A stretch of DNA of 60,121 nt, the filler included, from Sluysia triapertura (Eukaryota), in assembly GCA_046118255.1 (NCBI GenBank). It is 5 parts of 5 records of this genome, joined end to end, with 100 filler letters (N's around TTAATTAATTAA, not from the genome) between each part and the next. Parts side by side here need not be neighbours in the genome. Positions count along the whole stretch, not along the records: positions 11,097 to 22,022 come from JBJNIA010191440.1; positions 22,123 to 34,688 come from JBJNIA010098105.1; 3 more parts are not named here. One strand, written 5' to 3'. How positions within the stretch are numbered: the first letter of the stretch is position 1; the number at the start of each line of letters is the position of its first letter. The translations under genes were made by a program, and so were the position numbers. Below the pieces are notes generated by a model. That model ran no database searches and was not told the DNA's origin. It worked only from the letters and a program-made list of their open reading frames with translations. This document shows positions 11,179 through 25,754 of this stretch, in pieces.

Positions 11179-14100
11179 TATTATAAAATAATTTTCAACA
11201 GGTAATAACTTAATCTACTTCCTATAAAAAAGTAGATATAAAATGTCAAATTGCTGGAAGATTATGAAATATTTAAGAAAAGAGCAAAGTTATTTCTGCT
11301 TCAGAAATATTATAGTGAATGATTTACCTTAAGCGCTTTGAGTACTTTCGCAGTAGATATGAGCGCAATATAAATTAATATATTATTATTAAAATTAATA
11401 TTATTATATTTAATTTATTTATTACAAAAATAAAATAAGTTACAACGTTTTATATCTCTACTTGTATTATAATTCTAAAACAATAAAATATTGAAATTAA
11501 GGCTCTGGATTTAATTGAAATTAAATTTAATCAGATTTTGAGTCTATTATGTTTGTGAATTTACCTAGATTTTAATCCTTCTATTAAAGGGAAAGATTTA
11601 AATAATTATTAACTTAAGACTTATTAATAAACTTCGTTCAAGCTGCAAGATATCAATTGTTTGGATGACAATGTTCCAAATTATAAATCGTTTAATTATG
11701 AATTCCGAATCGAAAGATTCACAAATGTTCAAATTCCACAAAAAATAAAGATTACATGATCAACGATATATATGTTGAAACAATCGTTTTCAATTACTCT
11801 TTATAGATAACTTTTGTATTCGTTGTAAATATTGTATTTTATACAATTATTTTTGGCTTTTTATATTGGAGTTAATGTGGGTATCACATCCAACAAATAA
11901 TGAATCCAATATTATTCGATATGGCTGTTATATACAAAATTGTAAATATAATATTAATAATTAAAATATTTTTTGTTGCACATTTATTTTCTTTTTTTCA
12001 ACCAATACCTTGTAATGTTTTCGATGAACTTAATTTTCGATTTGAAGAAAGTGCTGGTCACTTTCGGATAACTCTCATCAATATCTACTTTAGCACATTT
12101 TTGCATTAAATACATCATCCCATTCATTAGCTTATAATTTTACACTTGTATGTGGTAAACCAAACCAACAATTAAACCGAGGCTCATAAACTTTTGACAA
12201 TTTATTTAATTTATTTGTTAAACCCATGGTAAATATTTCGTAAAATGAGACGCAATAAGACGGCTTGTTCTGGGTAAACCAAATATATCTTAATTCAAAT
12301 CTCGTTTTAGAACCGATTACATAATTATCTTATTAAATCTCGATGGTCTAAACTGAGAACTTTTTGTTAACCACATTGTATCAAACGAAGGCATAAATCA
12401 ATTAACTTAAACATGTTTTTACAATCCTTTTTAACTTTTGTTATTGTCCAACCTTCTTGAATACGATTTTGTAATCTTTTATAATTCATTCATAAAATGT
12501 ATAATTTCATCAACTTATTACAACTACTATTTTATACAGCATACGATCTTTTCGGTATCTTTTCAAAATGCAGTATCAAAATTTTATAATTTTGTGCAAT
12601 TCACTGATAATAAATAACATAGGTGACAACAAATAATTGGTGGACTGAGTCATTTTGAATTTGACATAATAATTATTGCGCATTACATAATACATTAATT
12701 CACAACTTTATTATAATCGATATTATTAAGTTCCTTTTTAGTTTTTTATGTAAAATGATCAATAACCATCCAATAAACTTTTGCGTCGTCATTCGCATAA
12801 TACTTCAAATTTGAAACGCTTTTCGTTGAAAACCTTAAACAAACTGTATAATCATGACTTTCCCTGTGGAAGGGAAATATTAATCCTCAAATCTCGACGT
12901 ATCTCTACAATTCTTCGATTTTTATTTGTTTGTCTTTCTACCTTTATTTAAAATTCTTCGTTAATGCTGTCAAACATGATTCAGATTCACTCTACATTTC
13001 TTCATAATAATGGGTACTACATAAACCTTTCGAAAACATCTTTTGGTAAAATCAAAAGATTAATTCCTAAAATTTAAAATTCGAACGCGTACTATTGTTA
13101 AGTCAAAAATTTTACAGCATTTCTGTTCTTTATTAAATAATTTAAAAAATTCGTCCTTACAAATTTATAATTCAAAGTATATCTGTTATTTTTTTGTTTC
13201 AATAACAATAATAATAAAATTTAATAAAACTAATTCAAAATAATAATTTTAATAAAAATTTGAATAATAAAAAAATCAAGAAACTATATTTCCAGTATAG
13301 ATCTATATACGATATTCAAAAATGTAGCGCATGTTAGTGTGATTAATGATTCTTTTTATAATTAATCATATAAATTAATTAATATTAATTTGAAACTTAA
13401 TACTTTTTATCAGTCCAATTCATAAATAAAACGATTTATTTATAAAAATATTAATTTAATGTTTTATTATGAAATTATAAAATTGACAAAAATAAATTCA
13501 AAGGCATTCAGTAATGTTAAAATAAAATCTTAATCACAAAATAAACAGAAAGATTACGAATCAAATAGAGAACTCAAGGAAAAAATTACTTGGTGTTAAC
13601 AGCACATTTCAGCTAAGTTGAACGTAAGTGCTAATATAAATATGGAGTAAATATGCCATATATTCATATAACTTTAACATTGTTACAGAACTATTATAAT
13701 TCGACCAGATGTTGTTATTTATCATTATGAATCCTCTTATATTACAATTATAATTTCTTTAAAAGGAAGATTAGGATAAAGGTAAAATTTGGTTCATTAA
13801 ACCTATATTTGGCAAATATAATTATATCTGGTCCTGACAATCTTTGAACTTATATGACTAATAATAATAATGAGGTCAATTAATTTTGATATTTTAAAGA
13901 AATTAAAGCATAATCATAATATTAAATGAAAGTAATAATCTCCATTTGCAAGAAAGATTAATGAATTTATTATTTCAAAAGTTAAAGGTTTTGATAATGA
14001 GGATATGGGAATTGGTGTGATATTATGTAATTATGTATGCCAAGCATATTTTAATGTGTCCAAAATGAATTTTTGCCGCTGTATGTAGTGTTGAAGGTAT

Positions 14101-14819
14101 ACATTGAATATGTTTTAGTATGCATTCAAGATGAAGTTCCGCCTATGTATGTTGCATTAGTGATGTAAAAAATCATTGGCGAAAGATTGACTTACTATAA
14201 TAATTAGTAATAATATTAATGTCATGTCTTTATTAATTAAAATTTCTTTAGTTTCTGTATACGCTATCTTTTGCATAATTATTAAACAATTTAAAATCTA
14301 TTTTTTGATTAATTGTAACTGGTTCATACAAAATACCGTCAGTTATATTTACAATTATACAATAAAAATTAAAATGAGTACTTCATTGACAAAATTTTTA
14401 TAGATACTTGAAATACTCTCCTATAATATCATTTAAAATTAGAACATAAACGTTGAATTTGAATTACGAAGTGAAAAAACATTTTTTTCAAAATTACACC
14501 AAAAAATTGATAAAATTTACTTAAAATATATCTTTAAAGAAATTTTAAAATAAATTCTACCATTATTTATGTATTTGGTATTTTTTTAAATTTATAATAA
14601 TTGAACAAATACTTTAAATTTAATGTTCGTGGAACTTTTGGTACTTAAAATAAACAATTTATGAATGTAAATGTGATTTGATTGCAAAGACAGTTAATTT
14701 TAGGTTATACTACCAACAGAAACTATCGATAATTTCATTGCAATTGTGCCCATATAAACATTTGATGAATTAGTTAGCCATTAAAGTACATTAATTATTT
14801 ACTAATGACTGTTAGATGA

Positions 14820-15240
14820 ATAATTTGAAGTTGTGTTGACATGTGAACTTCCATTTTCATATTGGATAATTCTTGTAACACAAGTAGCATGTGCTGTCCA
14901 AATATTAAGATGACCATAACATTCTTTTATACCATTATTTTTTTACCAATCTTTTCAGAATAAAAATTATAATGTTTTTCTGCTGAAAGTGCTGCTCTCA
15001 AATCACCATTATATGCAGTTGTAACTTTAAGACTTTTAACTCCATGAAATATTTTACTAGTTTCCAATGATCTTTCCATAAATTCAATTGCTTTGTCATA
15101 ATTTTGATTGGCGGTTAGAATACTATCAATATTTGGCATGTCTGGATGAATAACTCCACGACATAATAAAGCATTAAGCATTAAACATTAACTCCATTAC
15201 ATGCGAATGAATAAAGACCCATATGAGGATATTCTTGAAT
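14820..15240 (-). pseudogene. CLUH: Clueless/CLUH C-terminal TPR fragment, decayed
   Basis: YPHMGLYSFA..ALLCRGVIHPDMPNID..NYDKAIEFMERSLETSKIFHGVKSLKV..GDLRAALSAEK..FYSEKIG..KECYGHLNIWTAHA..ENGSS parallels CLUH (LALYCFA..GEDHPEM..YDLSLRFLENAL..HGPKALKV..FRSALQHEK..GSS). It carries stops, frameshifts and short deletions. Confidence 0.72.
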
Positions 15241-15299
15241 AACATTATTAGAATCATTTATTAGGAAATATAGAATATATGAAAGATTGCTTATTGATT

Positions 15300-15920
15300 T
15301 ATTAACCTGTGGTTGCGAAATGAATTATGCTTTGGTATGACTTTAATGTTTAAGTCTGTGGAAGATTTTTAGAATTAAATTGTTTAATGCAACGTTATTA
15401 TTGAATAGTTTATAGTTGAATTGGTTTAATAAGTAATCGTTGTGAATTAATTGATTGTAAAAGTTGTGAGGCAGTTATTTGTTAAAGATGTAGAATGCAG
15501 AATGTATGGAGAATGTATGATCTTTAAACGTGTAATTATAATTAAAGATTCGTTGAGTGCTTTCTGAGTTGAAATGTGATTTTGTTTTATTATTGAGCCT
15601 TCTTGTATTTAGTGTTTGAAATTTATGTATCTTATTTGTATCTGTTTGTGAATTTGGTAAATGCATTGAATACTGTATGGTGTAGATTTTTTGAAATTAT
15701 GTTACTTGATGATCTAAAACATGTACATGCGAAGTGAGTTTATGAATTAGATTATGTGATTAAATTTAATCACATGAAGGGTTTTGTTGAGTATTTTATG
15801 AATTGTAAAGTGATTTACACTTGAAAAAATGTGAGATTATAATGTCTTTTCTGAATTCTAAGATGTTTATATAATTTTTGCGTAATTGTTGTAAAGGTTA
15901 TAAAATGAACCACCACGACA
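15300..15920 (-). repeat. C/A-rich LTR-like repeat (family B related)
   Basis: Begins TGTCGTGGTGGTTCA at 15920, with strong C/A strand bias like the other family B copies. Confidence 0.4.
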
Positions 15921-17119
15921 TTAGTGAAAAACTTTAATGAAAAATTGAACACATTAAAATGATAGTAAGTAAATAACCAACAAAAAATAAGAATGTTTAC
16001 TTGCATTCTATTTTTTCTTCACTGTTGAATCAAATCGCTAAATAACTTAAAGACTTAATGACTTAAAAATGATTCACAATTGTAAATAAAACATGTGTAT
16101 TATTAAAAATGCTAGTATTATTTATAAATGATTTTATTAAGAAATTTCAAAATTAAAGCAATTTTGTATTGTAATTTTACAGAAGAAATAATTTATTCTC
16201 AATTTATGCTGCAATAAATTTCACGTGATTTATTGTTTTACAAATTTGGCAAAAATTATTGTTATTTCTTGGCGCAAAAGCAGCAACTTGGCATTTATCA
16301 AAAACTTCAGATCTTTATTAACAACTACTTATTGATTATGATCCTTTACTTAGGTTATAAATATTTTGAATCAAAATTTATTCGTGAGAGTTCATTTACA
16401 AAATTATTAAAATTTTCGATCAGTTGAATAGGATTATAAATTCTTATATATGTTTAAACTCAAAGGTGATCAAATAAATTTATATTAACTAAATCAAAGT
16501 AATTCAAGTTACACTAAAATTAATATTTTGTATTTAATGTATATTATTGAACATGAAAAATAATTAAATATTTTTCATGACAGGTTCAAATATGTAATTT
16601 AATCGCACTTTAGAGCGCGTTAAGATTTTCAATAATGACTTATTCACCCAAAGGTGAAAACTCCTATATTTGTTTGTTTTTATACCAACAAAAACAATGG
16701 TATAAAACTGAAACAAAACAGAGAAATGATTATTTGTACGACTGATATATATTTCGTACGCTATTGCAGTATTTCATTTATAGTTGACTGTCTGAGTTAA
16801 CAAGAAAAGGTTGTTTTTCAAAATTATAAAAGGTATTTGTAAATAATAATCGTCACTAATAGGATAACCTAACTTTACTCTAATCAAAAATAACCAACAC
16901 CATAAATTGAGTAATAAATGGAAATTTATTTTTGTCAAACATTAATTAAGATTGCACAAAGGAAAGAATGCACATTTTATTGTTTGATCGTATTGTGCAT
17001 TTCTTTCCAGTAAAACATAATGTGCAGAAAAATTTGATTTAAATCCGTATTAAAATCATTTAATGATTATAACAGATTTGCATATGGAAAAAATATTTTA
17101 AATTTGAAGTTTATTTTTT

Positions 17120-17295
17120 ATTCGGAAACATGTCGATTTGTAAAGCAATTTTATTCTTTACTTACAATACATAAATTTGATAGTTTATTTTAAGTAATTA
17201 AAAATGTTATAAAAGGATGGGCAATTCGATTACAAACACGGAAGACGTAATTCCATTTCACCTGACAAAGTACACGAAATGATTTATAAATTAAA
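17120..17295 (+). mobile_element. Possible hAT transposase C-terminal dimerisation domain remnant
   Basis: ETCRFVKQFYSL...RRNSISPDKVHEMIY resembles the hAT pattern RxxLxPxxVxxL; heavily decayed. Confidence 0.3.
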
Positions 17296-19779
17296 ATTTA
17301 TTATATAGAGAGAGTAGGAGTTTATGGAATAATCTTAGATATTTTTGAAACAAAGTATAAATTTATTAAGTTATGCAATTAACACATTGAGAATAGTATA
17401 CTGTGAAAGTATATAGCCTAATCCCCGTATACTTTTTGTAGATATTTAATAAAAAGTGATAACAAGAGGTATTCATAATATAGTGTAACACTTATTAAAG
17501 TATAAGTAATGTTCATCATATGCATTTAAAAATATAATAAATATTATAATATTTATTTGTAATTCTAATTTATAGTACGATTTGTCATGAAATTCCAAAA
17601 AACATGAATTTCCGTCATCGGTCCTCATTGTATTAAATTGAACAATTTAACAGTAAAAATAGGTTACTATAGTTACTTTAGTTTATTGGTGGTGTAACAA
17701 AAATGTAATCGTCTGTTGCTTTAAAATTAAGTTGGACTTATTGCCTTTAGATTTATTTTTGACTATTACTTGAAAATTATTTGTAAACTTTAAGCAAATA
17801 AATATTTACAACACTTTACTTTGGTTTAATTTTATAATAAATAACTTAAACTGTCACAATACTTTGACTAATATTAATGATTTTAAAATCTTAATATAAA
17901 CAGTCTCTCTCTGTAAAGTTGTGGTTTTAACTCGTCTAGGAAGTAAGAGATGAAGGTGTAAATAAAATTTTAAATATTCTTTCAGAGTTAAATCTTTGTT
18001 AATTCTTAAAACTTATAAAGATACTAAAGGTATAAAAATAGCACACTTAAAATAAAATCTTACTTTAATAATTGTAAAATTATGATCAATTTTTAGGGTA
18101 TTGTACTTACATGTAATAATAATCGAAGTTCAGTAATAACAGATGTCTGTTTCCAAATGAACAATCTTGTGTTTCCAATTAAACAATCTTTTTAATTCTT
18201 ATAAACAGATGAGATCTTTATTATATAATTTTTATAATGTTAAATATCTCCTCATACAGTATTTTTCACGGATACTTTTCTTGATTATATTTTATAATAA
18301 TTTCTTTCTAATCATATTTTCTCTCTAATTAATTTTACTGTATAGTTATTTTTACTCTGTAATAAAATATGCACTTTAATCTATTGCAGATATTTATTTC
18401 TGTATGTCCTACTTCATTCTAAAATATAATTCTGGCTAAATTTTCATCCTTTTGTCATTTTATCTATTATAGCTACATATTCTGTAATATAAATAACTGT
18501 TTCTATTCGTCTTAGCATCAATTCGGGTCTTTTCACCTCTCTAATGTTCTTGCTTATTCTTCAGCTGCTTTCTTGGCTTATTAGTATGATAAGCTCCATT
18601 CTTATTTTTCTTTTATTTTTTTGAATGCATTTATGAATCGTTTTTCCATTTTCAAATTTCAAAGTTTTTCTTATGTATATTAAGGTTTTTGGATAGTTTG
18701 TTTAAGGATTTATTTCATTAAATATTTATTTTAAAATTAAATGTTAATATTATATTTTTATTTCTTTACATTATCTTATTACTTTGTAATTAGTTGTGCA
18801 TAGAATTTCTGTTCTTAAAAGGCATCATTGAAAAGTTGAAATATATATTTAACGTTTAATTTAATTTGTAAAAAATAAAGCTCCAAGAGCACATAAAATA
18901 TCTAGAAGGCTAAAATATTTCAAAAAATAGACAAATTATAAAGCACAATGCCAAGTGACTAAAGCTTAAAGACGTGAAAGAAAGCCAACGTCAATATCAT
19001 CCTCTTCGATTAATAATACAACATTTATTTGTAAACTTTAGATAAATATAAATTCTATGACACAATTGTTTTTAATCAACTCTATAATAAATAACTTCAG
19101 TTACTTGAATTGTCAGAATTTTTTGATTTTAGAACTTAATGTAAACAGTCTCTTTTTTGTTGTAATGTTCGAAAGCGTTTAGTTACTAAACTTTAGTATA
19201 TAAATTATACAAATTAATCAAGCGTTTAGCAGAGTTAAAGCTATAATTTATAAGAATTGAATGTAACATGAAACTAAATTTAATAAAGATTATTAAGTTA
19301 ATTAAGATTTTTAATTAATTAATCCATCTTTAGACTTAATTTTATTTTATGTTTAAAGGTTTTATTAAGGTTTCAAGGTTATTTAGCAATTTATAAATCA
19401 CTGGATGTTTTCACCTTCACCTCTCTGATTCCTTTTTCTACTTCATGTTAATTATTATTATACTAGATATATTCTCAATACCAATAATTTTGTTTCTCAA
19501 TTATTTTAAAGATTTTTAGCACTTTATAAGGTTACTAAAGGATCTCAAATGCTCATCGATGCTCCAAGATACTTAAAAGTTACTAAGGTCTTAAATGATC
19601 CAAAGGTTCCAAAGTTCAAAAGGTACCTTAATGCTTCTAAAGGTCTTTCAAGTCATCTCAAGCTTCTATAAGGTCTCAAACCCTTATACAGGTTTTTAGA
19701 ACCTTAAGATATTCTTTCGCTGTTAAGATTATTATAAATGTTTTCTTTTTCATGATTCTTATTTCAGCAATGTTTATAA

Positions 19780-19871
19780 TATTCAGTCCACTACTTGTAT
19801 CAGTTTTTTCTCATTTTATGATTTTATATGTTTTCAGTCATCTCCAAATCCACAGTTGGACAATCCCAACA
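19780..19871 (-). repeat. LTR-start-like repeat family C (second copy at 1-70)
   Basis: TGTTGGGATTG(C/T)CCAAC..GGAGA(C/T)GA..GAA occurs on the minus strand starting at both 70 and 19871. Confidence 0.45.
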
Positions 19872-20319
19872 ATAACATAATTATAAAAAAGCTTTTGGAG
19901 CCGGACCAGGCGTTGGAATTCATATATAAAAATAATTACTCTAAACTTTGAGTATAATTATTAAAATTTAAATTCATTTAATCGCTGAAATAACACACAT
20001 GTCTATAAAATTCATATCTTTTAATCTTTTGTCATTCATGAACAAAAACAGAAAATTTTCATCATTAATAACCAAACATATTGCCATAGATTTAAATTTT
20101 TGATGATAACAAAAATGTAAATGTTTATAAAATTCAAATCTTTCAGCTTTCTGTCATTCTTGAGTAATAACAGAACATATGTATCATTTAATAACTAAAT
20201 TCTTTGATCCTACAATGAAATGTTTAGTAGTGTAGGAAAGTATTAAGTATATCAAATATTAATCTCATTAGTATATACGTATCACATAATCACATATGCA
20301 TTGATTAAATGCTTAATAT

Positions 20320-20645
20320 TCTAAATTAATACATTATAACTTTTGGAATTTAATAAATATAATAAGCAAATTATTGTATAAATTAATATTTATTATACTA
20401 TTTACAAAGTATATGAATTAATTAAATGCTTATTACATATAACATATATAATTAACATTGTAACTTACTGGAATTTAATACAAGCAAATTATTTGAATAA
20501 ATATAAGTAAATTACGAAATTGGAATAAAATTGTCAAGTAAACTGCATTATTGGAATGAATTAATACACAATTGGCGCTATAACGAAGCAAGTTATTGGA
20601 ATAAATTAATTAACAAATTAAATACTATTGGAATTTATTACATAA
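20320..20645. repeat. Degenerate minisatellite (ttattggaat...aagcaaa units)
   Basis: At least six recurrences of (a/c)ttggaat(t/a) with aag(c/t)aaa at irregular ~25-60 bp spacing. Confidence 0.5.
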
Positions 20646-21149
20646 CTAATATATGAGGACTAACGAATCAGAAAATAATTTACAACAATATTGCACAGAA
20701 ATATATCATTTATTTCACAAATAACAAAATATTCAAATAATCTTATCAGGATTAACTGTAAAGATAAGTTTGACAGAAAAACATAATATTCAACGAAGGA
20801 ACTAAAATTATTGCATAAGCGAGTTAATATAAATTTTAAAACTATTAACAATAAAAAAATAAAAAATAACGTACGGTTGCGATTAATACAATTTCATTTT
20901 AGTTTACTATTTTTTATTAAACCGAAAGGGAGAAAATTTGAATTTTAAATTCGTAAAATAAATTGCACCAGAGACCAGCAGAACTAACCTGCAGAATTAA
21001 TATAAATATCTAGTTGAGATTTCATAAAGACTAATCTAAAAGTAATCTAAGATCAATAACAATATTCATAGAGGAACGAATTAGTAAAAATTTAAACACA
21101 AAATTAATTTAAGTAAAAAGAAAAATATATAACAAAACTTTTACTGATA

Positions 21150-21520
21150 ACAAAAGTGTATGTTCACATTAAAATCTTCTATCCTTCACGAACACATGTA
21201 ACATTAATAACTAAATGATGTGATACTTTTAAACTCTTAGTGATAGTACAACACAGATCTTGAAACAAACAGCTTTATCCAAAAAGTTTTAAAAAAGTTT
21301 CAGATAACCAAATAATCATTCAAATTTTAAAATATTATTCATTGAATTTGTACTTCGAAATAAGCTTTCTCATGTAACTCCATCAGATAAGATTACATTA
21401 AGTCGATCAAGCACATCTGTTCATATTCCCAACTCACATTTGCTATAATGCCAAACTTTATTTTTCTTAATTTCTTCGATCAAATCCACATCAGTTATAT
21501 TTCTTTCTCTCTATTTTCAT
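21150..21520 (-). pseudogene. HUWE1: HUWE1 extreme N-terminal fragment, decayed
   Basis: ATG at 21520 gives MKIERKK (cf. MKVDRTK). After a frameshift it reads DVDLIEEIKKNKVWHYSKCELGI*TDVLDRLNVILSDG (cf. [35 protein letters not shown]). Multiple stops. Confidence 0.7.
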
Positions 21521-22022
21521 ATTTACTAATAATACAATAATTCAAATATATACGTAAACTATAACTTCAATTAATAAGAAAATTTAAAGTATATAGAAAG
21601 TATTGAGAAATTTCAAAAAAAGTGTAATAAAATATATATTTTATCATTATTTCGTTCAATAATCTAAATTAATACATTTTTATTATCGATGTAGGTATAA
21701 TTAAAATAAGTAACTGTTTTTAAAAGAAAAACTATGATTTTTATTATTTAACAAAACATACGTTTCTTTTAAAAGTTTTGACAATAATAAACAAATATAT
21801 TTTTCTTTTCGTTTAATTTTATTTACTAAGTTAGCATTACTTATTGAAGCTCTTCGATTTGGTAACAAAACATAATAAAAGCATGCATACAAATAACAAA
21901 TTAAAACAAATTTATATAAACATTTTTTCATTTTGAATTTTATGTTTACTTATTTTAAATAGGAAATCTTTTTTTGAAAGCCCTACAACTATGGTAAATT
22001 GTAGAAATAACTACTTATATTA

Positions 22023-22122
22023 NNNNNNNNNNNNNNNNNNNNNNNNNNNNNNNNNNNNNNNNNNNNTTAATTAATTAANNNNNNNNNNNNNNNNNNNNNN
22101 NNNNNNNNNNNNNNNNNNNNNN
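22023..22122. other. Artificial contig spacer
   Basis: Same 100-bp linker. Confidence 0.98.
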
Positions 22123-22734
22123 TTCGTTAAATGAAGAAATTAAAAACAATAGAAAATTTAGGTTTTTAATGTTAGCGACTTTTCTGAATTAAGTCTAAAT
22201 TAATTTGAAAATGTCAAATTAATTTTCGTAAGCTTTAATATTATATTTGTGTATCTAATATTATTTAACGTTTAGTATTTTATTGACTATAATTTTGATT
22301 TTTATTCTCTGATTTTTGACTAATCCAGCTCAAATTTAGTTATAATATCATAATCTTTAGAAAATATAATACTTTAATTATTAATTTAAATAAATATTTA
22401 TAACCAGATTCAGAGTTGTGATATATAATATGGATAATTCTCAATTAATTAACTTATTAAACAAGTTTTAGCAAATCAATTATATTTTATATTAATATTA
22501 ATACCAAATTTAATATTTTTTACTAATTTAATTTATGCTTAATAATTTTTATATCATTAATAAAGTAGTCTTAATTATTGTGTTAAAATGTAACAGAATG
22601 TTAAAATGTAACAATCACAAAAAATGTTTACATGGTAATTGCGAAAAATAATGAATTAATTACTTTCGGAAATAGAATACTTAATTTTAATAGGTTAAAC
22701 AAGAAAAAACATAATTTTGAATAACGGATTCTAA

Positions 22735-23085
22735 TAAAGTCGTATGTAGTAATGATCACGTTTCTTTTTGGAATATCAATTTCCTTTTAAATCGTGAATG
22801 TTTCAAAATGCATGCAATGATGGAATACTTGACAAATTTCCTTTTAAATGTGAGTCTATAAAGGTATTAGGCGGAATAGAGGTTTACAGCATATTTTTGA
22901 TAAGAAAAGTTAAAGAAACACTGACAGATGCTAAATACGTACAATTAATGAGGTATGACATTTTTATACGAATTACGTGGAAGATTTTCAAAACAACACA
23001 CATTCTTATGTTTTACAAAATCGATTTAAGTCTTGCAGTGTAAATCTTCTAAATTGGCCTAGTTATAGTTCTGATATTCTAGAAA
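22735..23085 (+). mobile_element. Tc1-like transposase remnant
   Basis: SIKVLGGI..RKVKETLTDAKYVQLM (cf. SVMVWGGI..GTLTAxKY) and VNLLNWPSYSSDI (cf. WPSxSPDLNPIE). Confidence 0.6.
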
Positions 23086-25754
23086 TAAGCTAAATATTAA
23101 CAAGTTAATTAAAATGAGTTAATTGATGTTATAAGTTAATTAAAATTAAACAAAAGTCAATTAAAATTGTTAATTAAAAATAAGCTTAAAAAATTAATTA
23201 AAGTTATTTAATTAGAATAATAATTAAAATTAAGAGATTAATGAATATCAATTGGAAAGCAGATTAAATAAAATTAAAGTTATTTACTAAACAAAATTAA
23301 TAGTATACAAAAGCTAATTTAAAATACTGTTTTAAAATTTAATATTGTAAATATTATTACAATAAACTAAACACTCTATAAGAAAACAGTAGAAGTTATT
23401 GAACCATGCAGGTTTATTGGATAAAAATTAGAAAATATTGAAAAATAAATACGAAATTCTAAAATTAATTAATATAACGGTTAAGCAAAATTAAGTGTGG
23501 TATTTGTTGTCTTAGTTTATTTAATGCTAAATTAAATTATTTAATACGAAATATTATATCTGGAAAACCAGATTCGAATAACGACTCTACCCTAATTAGA
23601 ATATTTATAACCAATTAAGAACAATTAATTTTATCTACTAAAATACCAATAATTAGAAACGTATGACTAGTAAAAGTCTAAATATAATTTAAGAAACAAA
23701 AAATACACAATAATATTAGCAACATGGAATGTATAAAGAAACTTCTTAAGAATTCTGTGGATCAAATAAATGATAATGTCAAAATATGAAAATAAATGTT
23801 GACTTTAGTCTTAAAATAGAAGTGCTAAAAATAAAAATAGATACATATATGTGTATTTAGATGTAGTCTAAATTAAAAATATTTTGTATGTCGACGAAAA
23901 ATCAATATTTTATGTACATTTTTTATTATGTAAATTCTATTTTTAGAATTACTAATTTATTTGATAATTTATTAGTTTATTATTTTATTTAAATAATTTA
24001 TTAATTTGTATTTAACGGAATATTTTAAAAGAATATTTTTAATAAATAATTTGTAAAATTATATTTAATCGATGAAAACTTTGTTTAAATAACCTGGAAA
24101 TTAAGTATAAATATATAATACTTCACATAATATTTCACAACATAAAATTCACAATAGTCAATCAATAAATTCTTAACAAAATCACATAAAGAAAATTTTA
24201 TTTTGGACGTAACAAAAACCTGAACGTTATACAAATTCTAATAGTGTAGAGAATAACGTCATCGATTCAGAATTGACCGCATTCATGCAAAAGAATAATA
24301 CGTTAGTCATTTTATTTAAGTTTCGCAACCATTTAGTTGACATAAAATCTTACTCAAATCCATTTAGTTAATTTGTTTTTTCAACCATTTAAATGGTTGA
24401 AGCAAAATTATTATTATTATAAGAAAAATTAATTACCACAAGTATTTAATTTTTGTAATCTTTAAATATTTATTATACAACAAAGTTTTGTAAGCTTAGT
24501 ATAATTTTTATCTTAAGGTAAATTATTCAAATTGTGTTTTCATAATTAAATTATTTTCGTAGTATTAAACTTACATAGTTATAAAGTGCCCCAAAAATCT
24601 TTTATGTTTTCATAATTTAATATAAAATTTCATTTTCGAAGATCCTTTTTAATTGGAATCCGAAGTAAAATACATAATTCTAACCTGTCATTGCAATAAG
24701 ACAGAAACCGAATCCCTGACATCATAGCAATAATTCTTTAACTAGTCTGTTGACACTTTAAGACATAAAAGAACTCCAAATAATTATTAGCCCTCAAGTG
24801 AGTAAGTCTACTATCGTAAGGAATTCATGCAGATTAAAATCTAAATAAATAACCATACCATACAATAAAAAACATGCTGTTGACAAGAATTCAAGAAATA
24901 TTTCTTCGCATTCAAAATGAAAAAAGAACTTAGATTAAAGATTTATAAAAAAATACATATTGACAGAATAATGGCTGAGCTAAAACGAAATGACATTAAT
25001 GTTTAATGATATTTGATTTCGTAATGATATATACAACTATTAAAATATTATGAAGATCGTATTATAGTTCTCAATAGAAAATTTTTGCTTATAAAATAAT
25101 TTACAACTTAACGTGCTTTTGATAATATTGTATATATAAATTTTTCATGTTGTTTGAAATTGAAAACAAATCAATAAAACTACATTGTTATAATGATAAC
25201 TAGTAGCGTGCAGTTTCTTTTTTAAGTTATACTGAACAGAAAAATCCAGTCTGTGATTGTAGCAGATGTAATTAAAATAAATGAAATAGTTATAACTAAT
25301 AATGGAAATTCAAATCCGTAACAGAAACTATTAAAACACAGATAAATTATTATTTCATGTAGGAGGAGGTTTAAATCAAGTATACCCTGCTACTGAAATG
25401 CAAATTCATCCAATCAAAATGATGTATCCCTTTTTAGTCTCCTATGAATTACGATTAAGTAAATTTACATTATCGTTTAGTTATCTAAGAACCAAACAAA
25501 TTTTGTGTTTGTTGTGTTGAAAATAAAATTACATTGCATTTTAAGAAATCTAATTATTCGTAATATTCACTTTACAATACCGAAAACATTACGGATTAAA
25601 TATAAAAAATTAATTGAAAGTGAATAATAATAACAGAAACTAATAAATATTAACTGGACAAGTGGATATAAATAAATGAAGAACATAGTATAAAAATAAT
25701 ATAAAGTAAAAAGTAATACGAAAACGTTAATGTGTACTGTAAATATCTCCTATA

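Noticed and set aside
20320-20645. CRISPR-like repeat-spacer array
   Set aside because: The units are short, degenerate and irregularly spaced, the context is eukaryotic, and there are no cas-like ORFs.
24600-25150. IS630/Tc1-like remnant (VSKSTIVR helix-turn-helix-like motif)
   Set aside because: Only one weak motif is present and no catalytic residues are recoverable.
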